64,000 nucleotides of DNA from an uncultured virus (IMG/VR IMGVR_UViG_3300022923_001281) (lineage: Duplodnaviria; Heunggongvirae; Uroviricota; Caudoviricetes), in the IMG/VR virus record IMGVR_UViG_3300022923_001281, one strand, 5' to 3'. This document shows positions 37,403-48,293 of this stretch, one piece after another. The position numbers were made by a program, and so were the translations under genes. Each line of letters opens with the position of its first letter. Position 1 is the stretch's first letter. Under the pieces are notes generated by a model that did no database searches, was not told the DNA's origin, and saw only the letters and a list, made by a program, of their open reading frames with translations.

Positions 37403-39267
37403 AAAACGTGTATCTTATACAGGTAAGCGATGCTTATGGGCCTAATAAATTTCTGCCTCTTAGCATTGCCTATCAATGGTGTTATGCTGACACCTTTGAT
37501 TACACTTTAAAAGATACACTAATAGAAAAAATAGATCCTAGTACATATGTTCAAGGTATGGATAATCCTTTTTTAGTTGCTATGAGCAGTTACATATGGA
37601 ATTGGGAATATAATAAACAACTCGCAACATTAATAAAACAAGCCTATCCAGATTGTACTATTATTACTGGCGGCCCACAAATTAGCAAACATGATCCAAA
37701 ATTTTTTACAAAGTATAGTATGTTTGACGCTGTGGTACATGGCGAAGGCGAGGAAGCATTCAAAAGTATATTAGCAGGTGAAGATTGGAATAGCATACCT
37801 AATGTACAAACACCTACAAAGATGCCCAAACCCGCACAACGTAGAATGGACATAAGTGATATTCCAAGTCCTATACTAGAAGGTTTTTATGAACCTATTA
37901 TGGCAAAGTATCCAAAGGATACACTATGGCAAGTTACGTGGGAAAGTTTGCGTGGTTGCCCATATCATTGTGCTTTTTGTGATATAGGTGACAGTTATTG
38001 GAATAAACTTACACTCTTTGATATTGAACGTGTAAAGTCTGAAATAGAATGGATGGGCAAAAACAAAATAGAGTATGTTAGCGTGTGTGATAGTAACTGG
38101 GGGTTACTACAAAGAGATGTTGAACTTACTGATTATGTGTTACAAACCAAACAAAAATATGGTTATCCAAAATGGTTTGATGCTACATGGGCAAAGAACA
38201 ATGTAGAACGTAATTTTGAAATAGCTATGATGAATAAAAGATCGCCGGTAAACATTTTTAAAGGCGTTACTTTTGCTATGCAAAGTTTTAATGATCCAAC
38301 GTTATCAGCAAGTGAGCGTTTTAACATTGATGAAACAAAAGTACAAGAATATCTTGTAAAATACAATGATGCTGATATTCCTACATATAGTGAACTGATA
38401 TGGCCAATGCCAGAAGAAACCTATAATAGTTTACGTAATGGTATACAAACATTAATTGATTTAGGCCAAGATAGTTTTTTAATGATACATCCACTAGTTA
38501 TCACTGACAATGCTACAATGGGTAACCCTAATTATCAAAAGAAATACGGAATAGATACAAAAACTGTTCCACTAGATACTTATTATTTGAGTACTGACGA
38601 TCTTGAAAACTATATTGTTGAATACACAGGTGCTGTATATAGCACAAAGACTGCTAAATGGAATGAAGTATTACAAGGATTTATGTTTAGTTGGATAAGC
38701 ATTTTAATGTATTACTACGGTTGGGGGCACTATCTTGCCAAATACATGACAACTAGAGGTATCAAAGAAACAGACTTTTTTGAAGATATGTTACAATGGA
38801 TCGTTGACAATCCTGACACTTTATTGTATAATGAGTATAATATCACACAGCAGCACCATATCGATACATATCATAATCAAAAGTTTTGGGGTAGAAAAGT
38901 AAGAGGTGAAAATGATATTTACTGGGAATATAAAGGAGCAAGTAGTTTAGTACTACATGACAACAAAGATATTTTACAAAGTGAATTAATAAAATTTTTA
39001 CAAGATTGCTATAGTTTAGATAATGCCGAAGACATTGTAGATTTAAATTTAAGCATGACAAGAGATAAAAACAAAGATTATCCATATGTAAAGAAAGTAA
39101 ATAGAAGTGTATCACAGGATATGTTAGGTATAAATAGTGATGAATTACTAATTGATCATCACGATAAAGAAACTCCTGACGATTATTGGTGGTACCATAA
39201 AGCATATCATTGGGATAGAAAAAGTCGTTACTGGAGATGTAACGTAAAACCAGTGATAAGTAATTAA
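37399..39267 (+). CDS. B12-binding radical SAM protein
   Basis: SSYIWN, ITGGPQ, HGEGE, LRGCPYHCAFC, CDSNWG. Confidence 0.88.
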   Translation: MKNVYLIQVSDAYGPNKFLPLSIAYQWCYADTFDYTLKDTLIEKIDPSTYVQGMDNPFLVAMSSYIWNWEYNKQLATLIKQAYPDCTIITGGPQISKHDPKFFTKYSMFDAVVHGEGEEAFKSILAGEDWNSIPNVQTPTKMPKPAQRRMDISDIPSPILEGFYEPIMAKYPKDTLWQVTWESLRGCPYHCAFCDIGDSYWNKLTLFDIERVKSEIEWMGKNKIEYVSVCDSNWGLLQRDVELTDYVLQTKQKYGYPKWFDATWAKNNVERNFEIAMMNKRSPVNIFKGVTFAMQSFNDPTLSASERFNIDETKVQEYLVKYNDADIPTYSELIWPMPEETYNSLRNGIQTLIDLGQDSFLMIHPLVITDNATMGNPNYQKKYGIDTKTVPLDTYYLSTDDLENYIVEYTGAVYSTKTAKWNEVLQGFMFSWISILMYYYGWGHYLAKYMTTRGIKETDFFEDMLQWIVDNPDTLLYNEYNITQQHHIDTYHNQKFWGRKVRGENDIYWEYKGASSLVLHDNKDILQSELIKFLQDCYSLDNAEDIVDLNLSMTRDKNKDYPYVKKVNRSVSQDMLGINSDELLIDHHDKETPDDYWWYHKAYHWDRKSRYWRCNVKPVISN

Positions 39268-39281
39268 AATAGGAGATAAAC

Positions 39282-39659
39282 ATGGCACAAAATCAAGGTC
39301 GAAAAATATATCGCACCGCTAGAGGAAAGCAAGTTGACCTTGATCTATTGATTAGTCGCAACGAACTAACACCTGCTGTTGGTAACGCTAGAGTAAATGC
39401 TCGAGGAGACGAATTAAGTCCTCAAGGCGAAATCATTAGAAAAAGGGAAGACGTGCTTAAAGACTACTATCAAGCATCACGAGGTATGAAACACGAAGAT
39501 GCTGTACCTGTAGCGCAACCGCAGGATGAACCGGCGCCTGAGGTTAAAGAAGCGCCAAAGAAACCCGCACCAAAGCCTAAAACAGAACAAAAAACTGTAA
39601 AAGAAGATGATGCGTGGATCGAAGACGAAGACGGTAACTTTATTAGAAAAGGTGAATAA
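39282..39659 (+). CDS. conserved hypothetical phage protein
   Basis: AGGAG SD; YRTARGK.VD...AVGNARVNARGD. Confidence 0.75.
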   Translation: MAQNQGRKIYRTARGKQVDLDLLISRNELTPAVGNARVNARGDELSPQGEIIRKREDVLKDYYQASRGMKHEDAVPVAQPQDEPAPEVKEAPKKPAPKPKTEQKTVKEDDAWIEDEDGNFIRKGE

Positions 39660-40015
39660 TGGCTATTAACTTGAATACTATTAACGGAACTCTAACTCCT
39701 GTTGGCAGTAGAGTGATTGTAAAAAACATGTATTTTGGAGAACAAAAAACCAAGTCTGGTTTAATTATTTCTGACGATAACGGCACATCACGTGGCATTT
39801 ATCCACGTTGGGGTCAAGTACATGCTAAAGGCCCAGATAATGAAGAACCGTATGCTATCAATGACTGGGTACTTATCGAACATGGACGCTGGACACGTAG
39901 CGTAAAAATCGACGAAGGCGAAGGTGAAGTAGAATTAAGAATGATCGACGAAGAAAATGTGTTGATGTGGAGTGATACAAAACCTGAAGACGTTCATATG
40001 GCAGCAGAGGTTTAA
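39659..40015 (+). CDS. GroES/Cpn10-like co-chaperonin
   Basis: P...RVIV...EQKTKSGLII...G.V.A.GP. Confidence 0.75.
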   Translation: MAINLNTINGTLTPVGSRVIVKNMYFGEQKTKSGLIISDDNGTSRGIYPRWGQVHAKGPDNEEPYAINDWVLIEHGRWTRSVKIDEGEGEVELRMIDEENVLMWSDTKPEDVHMAAEV

Positions 40016-40369
40016 ATGACTAATCCATTTACAGATATTGAACGCTTTGGCTCAGCGTGTGATCAAGAGCCATCAGAAGCAAACTATAAAATGTATCTTG
40101 ATTTGATCCGTGAAGAAACGGATGAACTAGAAGAAGCTATCCTAGATAACGACAAAGTAGAACAGTTAGACGCACTAGTAGACATTCTAGTTGTTACTAT
40201 GGGTGCTATTCGTGCCGCAGGCTGGGACGGAGAAGGTGCTTGGCGTGAAGTAATGAACACAAACTTTGCTAAGATTGATCCAGACACAGGCAAAGTGCGC
40301 AAACGTGAAGACGGCAAGGTACTGAAGCCAGAAGGCTGGAAGGCTCCAGAACTTGGACAATTCATTTAA
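40016..40369 (+). CDS. MazG-like NTP pyrophosphohydrolase
   Basis: LIREE..EL...DALVDILVV, N..K...REDGKVLKP.GW. Confidence 0.85.
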   Translation: MTNPFTDIERFGSACDQEPSEANYKMYLDLIREETDELEEAILDNDKVEQLDALVDILVVTMGAIRAAGWDGEGAWREVMNTNFAKIDPDTGKVRKREDGKVLKPEGWKAPELGQFI

Positions 40370-40541
40370 AAACTTTGAATGGTACGACATTCCTGTTGTA
40401 CTGTTTTTTTCTAACCTCCTAGGCAATTTAGCTTTTGCTACTTTGTTCGGCGGCGGATTTATTACAGGTATAATGCTTGTTTTTACCTGGGAAGGTTGGA
40501 AACTTTACGAAAAATTTCGTGCGAAATCAGTTGACAACTAA
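40353..40541 (+). CDS. small membrane protein
   Basis: Two hydrophobic segments. Confidence 0.55.
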   Translation: MDNSFKNFEWYDIPVVLFFSNLLGNLAFATLFGGGFITGIMLVFTWEGWKLYEKFRAKSVDN

Positions 40542-40559
40542 TACAATTAATGTTATATT
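40531..40559 (+). promoter_or_regulatory. sigma70-type promoter (extended -10)
   Basis: TTGACA-N17-TATATT with TG. Confidence 0.75.
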
Positions 40560-40583
40560 AAGATATAACAAAGAGGCGCACCG

Positions 40584-40781
40584 ATGGCTAAGTATGGACC
40601 TAAAGTATATCCAAGCGATACTATCAATACCAAAAAGCACTGGGCAGTAGGCACTGTATGGTCTGCTCTTGGTAGTAAGGGCAATGAATATCAAATAGAA
40701 ATGAAAGACACGGGCTTTAGTTGTGACTGTCCTGCTTTTAAAAAGTGTAAACACATTAAACATATAGAGGAATTATTTTAA
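40584..40781 (+). CDS. SWIM zinc-finger protein
   Basis: GSKG..Y...FSCDCPAFKKCKHI. Confidence 0.8.
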   Translation: MAKYGPKVYPSDTINTKKHWAVGTVWSALGSKGNEYQIEMKDTGFSCDCPAFKKCKHIKHIEELF

Positions 40782-41308
40782 TGGCTGTACATGCTATGAT
40801 TGACTTGGAAACACTTGATGTAACTCCACAAGCAACTGTTTTAACTGTAGGAGGTGTAAAGTTTGATCCTAATTCAGATGCGGAACCGCATAGTGAGTTT
40901 TACTTTAAACTTGATTTGGAGGCACAAAATAGTCGCAAAATAAATGATAGCACTATTGCTTGGTGGGGACAACAAGATCCTAAAGTTCAACAAGAAGCAT
41001 TCAGTGAAGATGATAGAACACATCCAACAGTATTTTTAGACCATTTACCTAAATGGATGGTAGGTGTAGATGTTCTTTGGGGACACGGCTATGGCTTTGA
41101 TATCACTATTATTGAAGATATGCTACGGCACCTAGGAAAACCTATTCCGTGGCAGTTTTGGCAAGTCCGAGATTCACGTACATTGTTTGCGTGTTGTAAA
41201 ATAGACCCTCGTAAAGCAATGCAAAGTGATTTACATAATGCTTTAGCCGATAGCTACTTTCAAGCCAAAGGTGTACAAATAGCATATAAGGAATTAGGAA
41301 TTATATGA
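40781..41308 (+). CDS. DEDDh 3'-5' exonuclease
   Basis: MIDLETL, G.GFD, RDSRT, HNALAD. Confidence 0.88.
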   Translation: MAVHAMIDLETLDVTPQATVLTVGGVKFDPNSDAEPHSEFYFKLDLEAQNSRKINDSTIAWWGQQDPKVQQEAFSEDDRTHPTVFLDHLPKWMVGVDVLWGHGYGFDITIIEDMLRHLGKPIPWQFWQVRDSRTLFACCKIDPRKAMQSDLHNALADSYFQAKGVQIAYKELGII

Positions 41309-41847
41309 TTATAGACAAACCTTGGAAACATGAAGTCATTGATGATTTTTTAGAACAAGAAGACTTTGATTTCTTATCAACTGTTGATATGATTACGCCC
41401 GTAGACGGTGGGATGGAGTTGAGCAAAAATCAGATTTGGAGAGACGGACAACTAAATTCTAGTTTTCCATACGATTTCTTAAAACGATTTGAAAAAAGAT
41501 ATTTTAAAAAATGTATTGATATCTTAGAACAACACGCTCCGGATAAGGTTGATAGTGTAAAATATATGGAATTGAATGTTGTTGTCACAGGCAAAACTTT
41601 TGTATTTCCTGTTCATCCTGATTCTGAAGATAAACTATTAAGTTGTGTAATCTATTTACAGCCAGAAGAAAACATTGGTACTATTTTGTATGACGCAGAA
41701 GATGGCGATCCTGTGGCAACTTGCGAATGGAAACAAAATCGTTGTATGATTTTTTCACGTAGTAATCAAACATGGCACAGTTATAAAAGTGATGGCAAAA
41801 GCGAAAGACGAACGTTAGTTTTAAACTTGAGAGGAGAATATGAATAG
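41305..41847 (+). CDS. 2OG-Fe(II) oxygenase
   Basis: VIDDFL, HPD..K, VIYL, WKQNR..F, TWHSY, R.TL. Confidence 0.8.
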   Translation: MIIDKPWKHEVIDDFLEQEDFDFLSTVDMITPVDGGMELSKNQIWRDGQLNSSFPYDFLKRFEKRYFKKCIDILEQHAPDKVDSVKYMELNVVVTGKTFVFPVHPDSEDKLLSCVIYLQPEENIGTILYDAEDGDPVATCEWKQNRCMIFSRSNQTWHSYKSDGKSERRTLVLNLRGEYE

Positions 41848-42115
41848 CCCTATTAATACACTACAACAGTTGATGTGTATCACAATGGAAGAGTGCGGTG
41901 AACTTACACAACGCTGTAGTAAAATAATGCGCAAGTATGAAACTTTAGACTTGATCGAAGAAGAACAACGTGTTAAACTAGTAGAAGAACTAGGTGATGT
42001 ATTTTGTATGATGGAACTAATGGTTGAACACAATATCACAGACTGGATCGAATTACAAGATCGAGCAGACGTAAAATTAGAAAAACTTAAAAAGTGGAGC
42101 ACACTTGTAGAATGA
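41840..42115 (+). CDS. MazG-like pyrophosphatase
   Basis: ITMEECGEL...EELGDV. Confidence 0.75.
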   Translation: MNSPINTLQQLMCITMEECGELTQRCSKIMRKYETLDLIEEEQRVKLVEELGDVFCMMELMVEHNITDWIELQDRADVKLEKLKKWSTLVE

Positions 42116-43026
42116 AAGAACTATGGGTAGAAAAATATCGTCCAAAAACAGTGGACGGTTATGTATTTAGAGATGACGCACAAAGAAAACAGATTACTAC
42201 GTGGATTAAAGATAAAACTATTCCACATTTGCTCTTCAGTGGTAACGCTGGAATTGGCAAAACTACTCTTGCTAGGTTGCTTTTTAATGAGCTTGATGTT
42301 AATGACTTAGACATATTAGAAATAAACGCAAGTCGCACAAATAGTGTAGATGATGTGCGTGACAAAATTGTTAATTTTGTCCAGATGATCCCGTTTGGTG
42401 CTTTTAAGGTAGTATTATTAGATGAGGCAGATTACTTATCTCCAAACGCTCAAGCAGCGTTACGTGGTGTTATGGAAGAGTATCATAGCACAGCACGTTT
42501 TATTCTTACTTGTAATTATCCTAACAGGATTATTCCGGCTATTCATAGCAGGTGCCAAGGTTTCCATATTGCCAAAATCGATCAAACTGAATTTACTGCT
42601 AGGGTCGCTCAGATTCTCATCAATGAAGGTATCACTCCTGATTTGGAGACACTCGATACATATGTTAAAGCAACGTATCCAGACTTGAGAAAATGTATCA
42701 ATATGGTACAGATGAATTCAGTTGACGGTAAACTTGTTAGCCCACAAGAAGGTGACACAGGTGAAAGTGACTGGAAACTGGATATGGTAGAACTGTTTAA
42801 AGCAGGCAAGATTCACGATGCTAGAAAGTTATTGTGTGGCACTGTACGAGCAGAAGAAATGGAAGAGATTTACCGTTGGCTTTATGACAACATTGAATTG
42901 TTCGGAACAGACGAACAACAAGACAAAGCAGTGCTAATTATTAAACAAGGCTTAGTTGATCATACATTGGTTGTAGATCCAGAAATTAACTTAGCCGCAA
43001 CGTTGATAAGACTAGGACAACTTTAG
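42112..43026 (+). CDS. clamp loader ATPase subunit (RFC small subunit / T4 gp44-like)
   Basis: LWVEKYRP, GNAGIGKTT, EINAS, LDEAD, SRC motif. Confidence 0.92.
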   Translation: MKELWVEKYRPKTVDGYVFRDDAQRKQITTWIKDKTIPHLLFSGNAGIGKTTLARLLFNELDVNDLDILEINASRTNSVDDVRDKIVNFVQMIPFGAFKVVLLDEADYLSPNAQAALRGVMEEYHSTARFILTCNYPNRIIPAIHSRCQGFHIAKIDQTEFTARVAQILINEGITPDLETLDTYVKATYPDLRKCINMVQMNSVDGKLVSPQEGDTGESDWKLDMVELFKAGKIHDARKLLCGTVRAEEMEEIYRWLYDNIELFGTDEQQDKAVLIIKQGLVDHTLVVDPEINLAATLIRLGQL

Positions 43027-44075
43027 TGCTTTACATAATATTTGGGTATCAAACTACGGTGCTTGACCCTAATGGAGAAATAGTAGAAGAGTTTGATGAC
43101 TATAGATCAGACGGTGTAAACTTTTTAAAAGACAAGTGTGGAACAAATCTAGTTGTTCAATTTGGTTTAATTGAAAACACTGCCAAAGTAAGAAAAATAT
43201 TACAAAACCTTTTTTCTGGACAAAAAGTTGATTGGTTTGCTTTTGAACCTATCTATATGTTACAAAAAGATCCTGAAGATGAATTTAGAGATTACGCAGG
43301 CGAATTTGAATTTGATTTTTGTGACGAGTACGAATTTATTTCAACTTTAAATTTTAATGTAAAATTTTACGTACCAAACAAAGGTATGGAAAATTTTTGT
43401 AAAGATACTTATTATCTTGATCCTTACTTATGGTATGAAACCAGTAGATTATCTAAAGAACAAACTTCTTACACTACAAATATAGAAAACAGTTTCTTTT
43501 GTCCTAATTATAAAGACAAAATACATAGACGAGTTTTAGCAAGTTATTTGTATTCTAAATATCCTAGTACAAGCAAAGTTAGTTATTATTTTAATGATAA
43601 TAATTTTACAAATAAAGAACTTGATATTAAGGATAATAAAAATCTTATTAATAACCTTCCATTAGCACTAGCATACGACAATGGTGATCTTTTACATCAT
43701 CATATGGAAAACCTATACAGAGAAAGTTTTTGTACAATCATTACTGAAACTTTCTTTGAAAGTAACTTTGCTAATTTTAGTGAAAAAACTTTGGATCCTA
43801 TTTTATATGGAAGACCATTTGTATTAGCTGCTCCTCCTTATACTTTAAAACTTATACAGGATCTTGGTTTCAAAACTTTTTCTAAGTGGTGGGACGAAAG
43901 TTATGATACCGAACTTGACAACAATAAAAGATTAGCAAAATTAAAAATTGTTATAGACAATATTGCTAACCTAAACTATAATAAAACTCTTGATGAGATG
44001 TATGATGTCTTAATACACAATCAAAAAAATATAGCAACGCTTGAAGGGAAATTTGATGACTTATATCGTAAATGA
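43026..44075 (+). CDS. hypothetical protein (possible glycosyltransferase-like C-terminus)
   Basis: IITET...FSEKT..PI..GRPF...GFKTF..WWDESYD. Confidence 0.6.
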   Translation: MLYIIFGYQTTVLDPNGEIVEEFDDYRSDGVNFLKDKCGTNLVVQFGLIENTAKVRKILQNLFSGQKVDWFAFEPIYMLQKDPEDEFRDYAGEFEFDFCDEYEFISTLNFNVKFYVPNKGMENFCKDTYYLDPYLWYETSRLSKEQTSYTTNIENSFFCPNYKDKIHRRVLASYLYSKYPSTSKVSYYFNDNNFTNKELDIKDNKNLINNLPLALAYDNGDLLHHHMENLYRESFCTIITETFFESNFANFSEKTLDPILYGRPFVLAAPPYTLKLIQDLGFKTFSKWWDESYDTELDNNKRLAKLKIVIDNIANLNYNKTLDEMYDVLIHNQKNIATLEGKFDDLYRK

Positions 44076-44397
44076 CGCATGTATAAAATGTAAACATATG
44101 GATTGCGTCGAAGTTTGTCCAGTGGATTGTTTTTATGAAGGCGAAAACATGTTAGTAATCAAACCAGACGAATGTATTGATTGCGGAGTATGTGAACCCG
44201 AATGTCCTGCTGATGCTATTTTACCTGATACTGTAGACGGAGCAGAACAATGGGTAGAGTTCAATGATAAGTATGCTAGTATTTGGCCAAACATTACAGT
44301 TATGCGACAAGAAGATGTGCCACCTGATGCCGAAGATTGGCAAGGAGTCGAAGGCAAAATGAAATACTTTTCAGAGGAACCCGGACGTGGAGACTAA
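44056..44397 (+). CDS. fdxA: 7Fe/8Fe ferredoxin, FdxA type
   Basis: [49 protein letters not shown]. Confidence 0.92.
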   Translation: MTYIVNDACIKCKHMDCVEVCPVDCFYEGENMLVIKPDECIDCGVCEPECPADAILPDTVDGAEQWVEFNDKYASIWPNITVMRQEDVPPDAEDWQGVEGKMKYFSEEPGRGD

Positions 44398-44543
44398 ATT
44401 GATAAATGATCTTGTACGAATTGATGTTCTAGAAGAAGAAATTAAATATTATAAATCATTAGTACAAGAACAAGACACAGGATTTATTTACACCACAATT
44501 TCTTTTTTAGAAAGCAGAATAGAAAATATAAAAGGCAATCACA

Positions 44544-45245
44544 ATGAATGGCCTTTTAGATAAATTTGATTTAGCTCTTACAACAGATATTGATAGACTA
44601 CCAGAAGATCGCAGACTTTATGAAATAGATAGCTATGATTGGTTGTCTGCTTATCCTGCACATTGGAACCCTATTAGTTTAAGATTACGTTTACTTTTTG
44701 AAGAATTATGGCCAGGCAATGGACCAGAAGAACTTCTTGATACTACAGAATGGAAAATCAAAAATGTACCAAATGCCAATGGATACAAAACTATACTTTC
44801 TGTCTATTTCTTATTACAAGAACAATATTTAGAAGATCCAATTACTATAAATTATTTGAAAAGACCAGCAACTGATCCGCAAATAATGATAGAGCCTGGA
44901 AAATTACGTGTTGATATGTTGCCTTACATGCCAAATCACAAAATACGTATTGCTACATTTGGGCTAGGGGATTATCTACCTAAAGAAAATCTAATTTCAT
45001 TTGACAATCTTGTTGATTTAGGATATTATGTAAGAACAGGTTTCGCACAACCCGAAAACGATGTATACCTTAAAGGTATATATAAATCGCACGATGTTGT
45101 ATCTTATTGGACTAAATGCCAACAACAAGGCATTGTAATCAAGTACAATAAAAAAGGTATGTATATCAACGATAAACGAATAGTTAAACGTAAGAACGAT
45201 GGCTCTTACTTGTTAGACGCACCATTACTATATAAAGGAAAATAA
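44544..45245 (+). CDS. hypothetical protein
   Basis: 233-aa ORF. Confidence 0.65.
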   Translation: MNGLLDKFDLALTTDIDRLPEDRRLYEIDSYDWLSAYPAHWNPISLRLRLLFEELWPGNGPEELLDTTEWKIKNVPNANGYKTILSVYFLLQEQYLEDPITINYLKRPATDPQIMIEPGKLRVDMLPYMPNHKIRIATFGLGDYLPKENLISFDNLVDLGYYVRTGFAQPENDVYLKGIYKSHDVVSYWTKCQQQGIVIKYNKKGMYINDKRIVKRKNDGSYLLDAPLLYKGK

Positions 45246-45926
45246 ATGATTAGATTAGTAAGTTACACAAAACCAACCGCAGAATTTGTAAATGAAGGTA
45301 TTCAAGATAATAATCTTCTAGACCTTGTAGCGTTTTGTGCTAGAGTAAGCAATCCAGCTAATCAAATGAACAGCGAAACAAGTGAGAAACTTGTAAAGTA
45401 TTTAATAAAACACGCACACTGGAGCCCGCTAGAAATGGTCAACGTGTGTATGGAGATTGATACTACACGTGATATTGCGCATCAGATTGTTCGACATCGT
45501 AGTTTTGCTTTTCAAGAGTTTAGTCAGCGTTATGCTAATCCAGAAGAAATGGGAGATCAGTTTGTAACTCGTGAAGCAAGATTACAAGATCCTAAAAATC
45601 GTCAGAATAGTATTGATACTACAGACATTGAACTACAACAGCAATGGGAAGGTTATCAGCAAACTGTGATCAATGCGGCAAAAGCAGCATACAACTGGGC
45701 TATTGACAATGGTATTGCTAAAGAACAAGCTCGTGCTGTTCTACCAGAAGGCAATACGAAAACACGTTTATATATGAATGGAACTTTGCGTAGTTGGATA
45801 CATTATATTGAGCTAAGAGGTGCTAATGGAACACAAAAAGAACACATGGAAATCGCTTGGGAGTGTGCTAAGGTCATCGCAGAGATATTTCCTCTCGCAA
45901 AGGAACTCAATGCCGCAAACATTTGA
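45246..45926 (+). CDS. thyX: flavin-dependent thymidylate synthase
   Basis: HWSPLE, QIVRHRSF.FQEFSQRY, AKEQARAVLP, TQKEH. Confidence 0.95.
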   Translation: MIRLVSYTKPTAEFVNEGIQDNNLLDLVAFCARVSNPANQMNSETSEKLVKYLIKHAHWSPLEMVNVCMEIDTTRDIAHQIVRHRSFAFQEFSQRYANPEEMGDQFVTREARLQDPKNRQNSIDTTDIELQQQWEGYQQTVINAAKAAYNWAIDNGIAKEQARAVLPEGNTKTRLYMNGTLRSWIHYIELRGANGTQKEHMEIAWECAKVIAEIFPLAKELNAANI

Positions 45927-46188
45927 ACCTGCTTTAGAATGGAATGAAGACTACGCATGGTGGCCTGTGCGTAGTAGTTGGAGTAAAAAGCGTATTTGGT
46001 TAAAGAAGTTCTGGAGAGGTAAAATTTACTATGATGTAATGGGTAGGCCACCAGTAAAGGGTAATTGTTGGGAGATTATTTACAGCGAAAATGAATACTT
46101 GTTATATCTAATGCGCAAGGAAGAATCCAACGACCATGTCCCTGTATTTAAGAGTGTAAGGGGGAACAATGCCCCCCGTACTATATAA
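45910..46188 (+). CDS. hypothetical protein
   Basis: AAGGA SD, ATG at 45910. Confidence 0.55.
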   Translation: MPQTFEPALEWNEDYAWWPVRSSWSKKRIWLKKFWRGKIYYDVMGRPPVKGNCWEIIYSENEYLLYLMRKEESNDHVPVFKSVRGNNAPRTI

Positions 46189-46190
46189 AG

Positions 46191-46919
46191 TTAAGCGTCT
46201 CCGTATACTTCTAAAACTTGTGTCACCGCTTCATGTCTTTCAATGTCCTTGTGATGGAAGTTTATTGCACTAATACGTGTTGCTTTTGATTGTTTCAACT
46301 GGTTAGAAAAATCGATTAATCCATTATCTTTTAATCTATCAGCCTGTGCTAAATCTCCTGTTACTGCCATTTTACTATTTTCACCAATACGTGTAAGCAA
46401 CATCTTCATTTGATTAGGTGTTGCGTTTTGCATTTCATCAGCAATAATAAAACTATTCTTAAACGTTCGACCACGCATGTATGCTAAAGGTGATATTTCT
46501 ATCACGCCCTCTTTTATCATACTTTCAATTTCGTTTGCGTAAAAATATTCACGAAACACATCAAATATTGGTCGTGTCCATGGTGCCATTTTTTCTTCTA
46601 GTGTGCCAGGTAGAAAACCTAAGTCTTCATCAGCACTAACGGCTGGTCTAGTTACAACTATGCGTTCTACTTCACCATCTAAAAATGCTTTAACAGCAAC
46701 TTGACACGCTATCATAGTTTTACCAGTTCCAGCTGGACCTATCCCGAAGACTATGTCTTTATCCCGGTTCATTAGTTCTAGTATATATTTTTCTTGACTA
46801 CGATTGCGTGGTAGTATTTTTACTTGTCGTGATTTTTGTGGTAGGAAGTTTGATAATTTTACAACATTGTTGTGATTGCTTGTGATGTGTGCTTGCCTTT
46901 TGGCTCTAGCTTTACCCAT
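46191..46919 (-). CDS. phoH: PhoH-family ATPase
   Basis: GPAGTGKT, GFLPGT, PLAYMRGRT, DEMQN, LTRIG, GDL.Q.D; AGGAGG SD before ATG at 46919. Confidence 0.95.
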   Translation of the reverse strand: MGKARAKRQAHITSNHNNVVKLSNFLPQKSRQVKILPRNRSQEKYILELMNRDKDIVFGIGPAGTGKTMIACQVAVKAFLDGEVERIVVTRPAVSADEDLGFLPGTLEEKMAPWTRPIFDVFREYFYANEIESMIKEGVIEISPLAYMRGRTFKNSFIIADEMQNATPNQMKMLLTRIGENSKMAVTGDLAQADRLKDNGLIDFSNQLKQSKATRISAINFHHKDIERHEAVTQVLEVYGDA

Positions 46920-47052
46920 TAAGGTCCTCCTATTGTACACAGGGGTATTAGCAGGTTCCCCTGCAATGGTATTTAGTCAAAGAGGTATATTTAAATCTGC
47001 GTATATTGGTTAGCCAATACGATAAATAAGTATGTAAGTTTAAGGACGTACC

Positions 47053-47580
47053 ATGAGTATACTAGATGAATTAGATGTAATCAAAAACATAGAAAGCATA
47101 TATGAAAGCAATAGTGCTTTTAATGTTCTAAAAGATTTTGAAAGAGTTCTTGACGAACTCGATATCTATGTTTATAAAAATTGGGAAGATGGTGAATTAG
47201 CAGAAGGCCCAAAAATTGATCGGCATTGGGTAACAGCTAAATTCTTTTGGCCAAGAGAAAATATGCCAGATCCAATGGGTGGAAAGCGTTTGCTTGATTA
47301 CGATTGTAAAATAGGATACCAAAAAGGTAGCATGTTACGTCCAAGAAAAATCATGACTCCAGACGATATTCGTCCTGGTACCAAAAAAGGCAAAATGGAC
47401 AGACATCCTATTTGGATTGTAGAAGTTACAATGCCAAAGAAATTACTTGCTGACCTTTACGGCGCAAGTTTTGAAGATTTAGATGTACAAGATGAAACTG
47501 GGCAAGTAGACGCTGCTCCACAACAAACACCTCAAGACACACCTGAGTTAGAAGATACAGAAGTAGGCGGAGAAGTATAA
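47053..47580 (+). CDS. conserved hypothetical late protein
   Basis: GATAAATA upstream; LKDFERVLDELD.YV..NW..GEL..GP...MPDP.GG. Confidence 0.75.
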   Translation: MSILDELDVIKNIESIYESNSAFNVLKDFERVLDELDIYVYKNWEDGELAEGPKIDRHWVTAKFFWPRENMPDPMGGKRLLDYDCKIGYQKGSMLRPRKIMTPDDIRPGTKKGKMDRHPIWIVEVTMPKKLLADLYGASFEDLDVQDETGQVDAAPQQTPQDTPELEDTEVGGEV

Positions 47581-48293
47581 TGGGATTACGACCTAATGAT
47601 TTAAAAGATCTAGTAAAAAATGTTTTTGAAGTAGATAGTTACCAGAGCAAAATGGGCAGTGATAAAGATATTGTTGTATTAAGTTTTACAGTGCTTGAAA
47701 AACCTGCTGCTGATGACCTTGTTCAATTTATCGAAAGTGGCTATAATTTTGTTTTAGATGCTGACGCTACAAGCGGTGAACAAAGTGATGGATACTACAG
47801 AGTATATGTAGAAATGGAACGTGATCAAAAAATTCCTGAACAAATTATGGAAATAGTAGATGGCGTACAAAAGCTAACAGGTAAAAAGTTAGGCTATAGA
47901 TATTATAAAGCATTTGAACCACATCCTGCTTCGTATGAAAGTTTAGCAGAAACAATTCCTTTAGATGACGAATCGTACGAAAAAACAGTAAATGAAAACA
48001 ACATGAATAATTTTAAAAACTTTTTTACAAAAAGCTATGTAGATGATATTATGATGGAAGACGATGAGCTTATAATAAAAAAAGCATATGCTGATCCTAT
48101 TGGCTTTGTTGTCAAAGGATTTGGACCAACACATGAAGTCTTAGAAAATATCGAAGATAAAATAAACATGAACGACTACGCAGAAATAATGTTCCTAACA
48201 AAATATTGTGGTGATTATAATATTAGTAAATTTGGAAAAAAGACTTTAACATTTGAAAATGAAGGGCATATGCTAGTAGTAGAAAGAATATGA
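47580..48293 (+). CDS. conserved hypothetical late protein
   Basis: DSYQSKMG.D.DIVVLSF...A.DL..FIE.GY.FVLDAD. Confidence 0.75.
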   Translation: MGLRPNDLKDLVKNVFEVDSYQSKMGSDKDIVVLSFTVLEKPAADDLVQFIESGYNFVLDADATSGEQSDGYYRVYVEMERDQKIPEQIMEIVDGVQKLTGKKLGYRYYKAFEPHPASYESLAETIPLDDESYEKTVNENNMNNFKNFFTKSYVDDIMMEDDELIIKKAYADPIGFVVKGFGPTHEVLENIEDKINMNDYAEIMFLTKYCGDYNISKFGKKTLTFENEGHMLVVERI

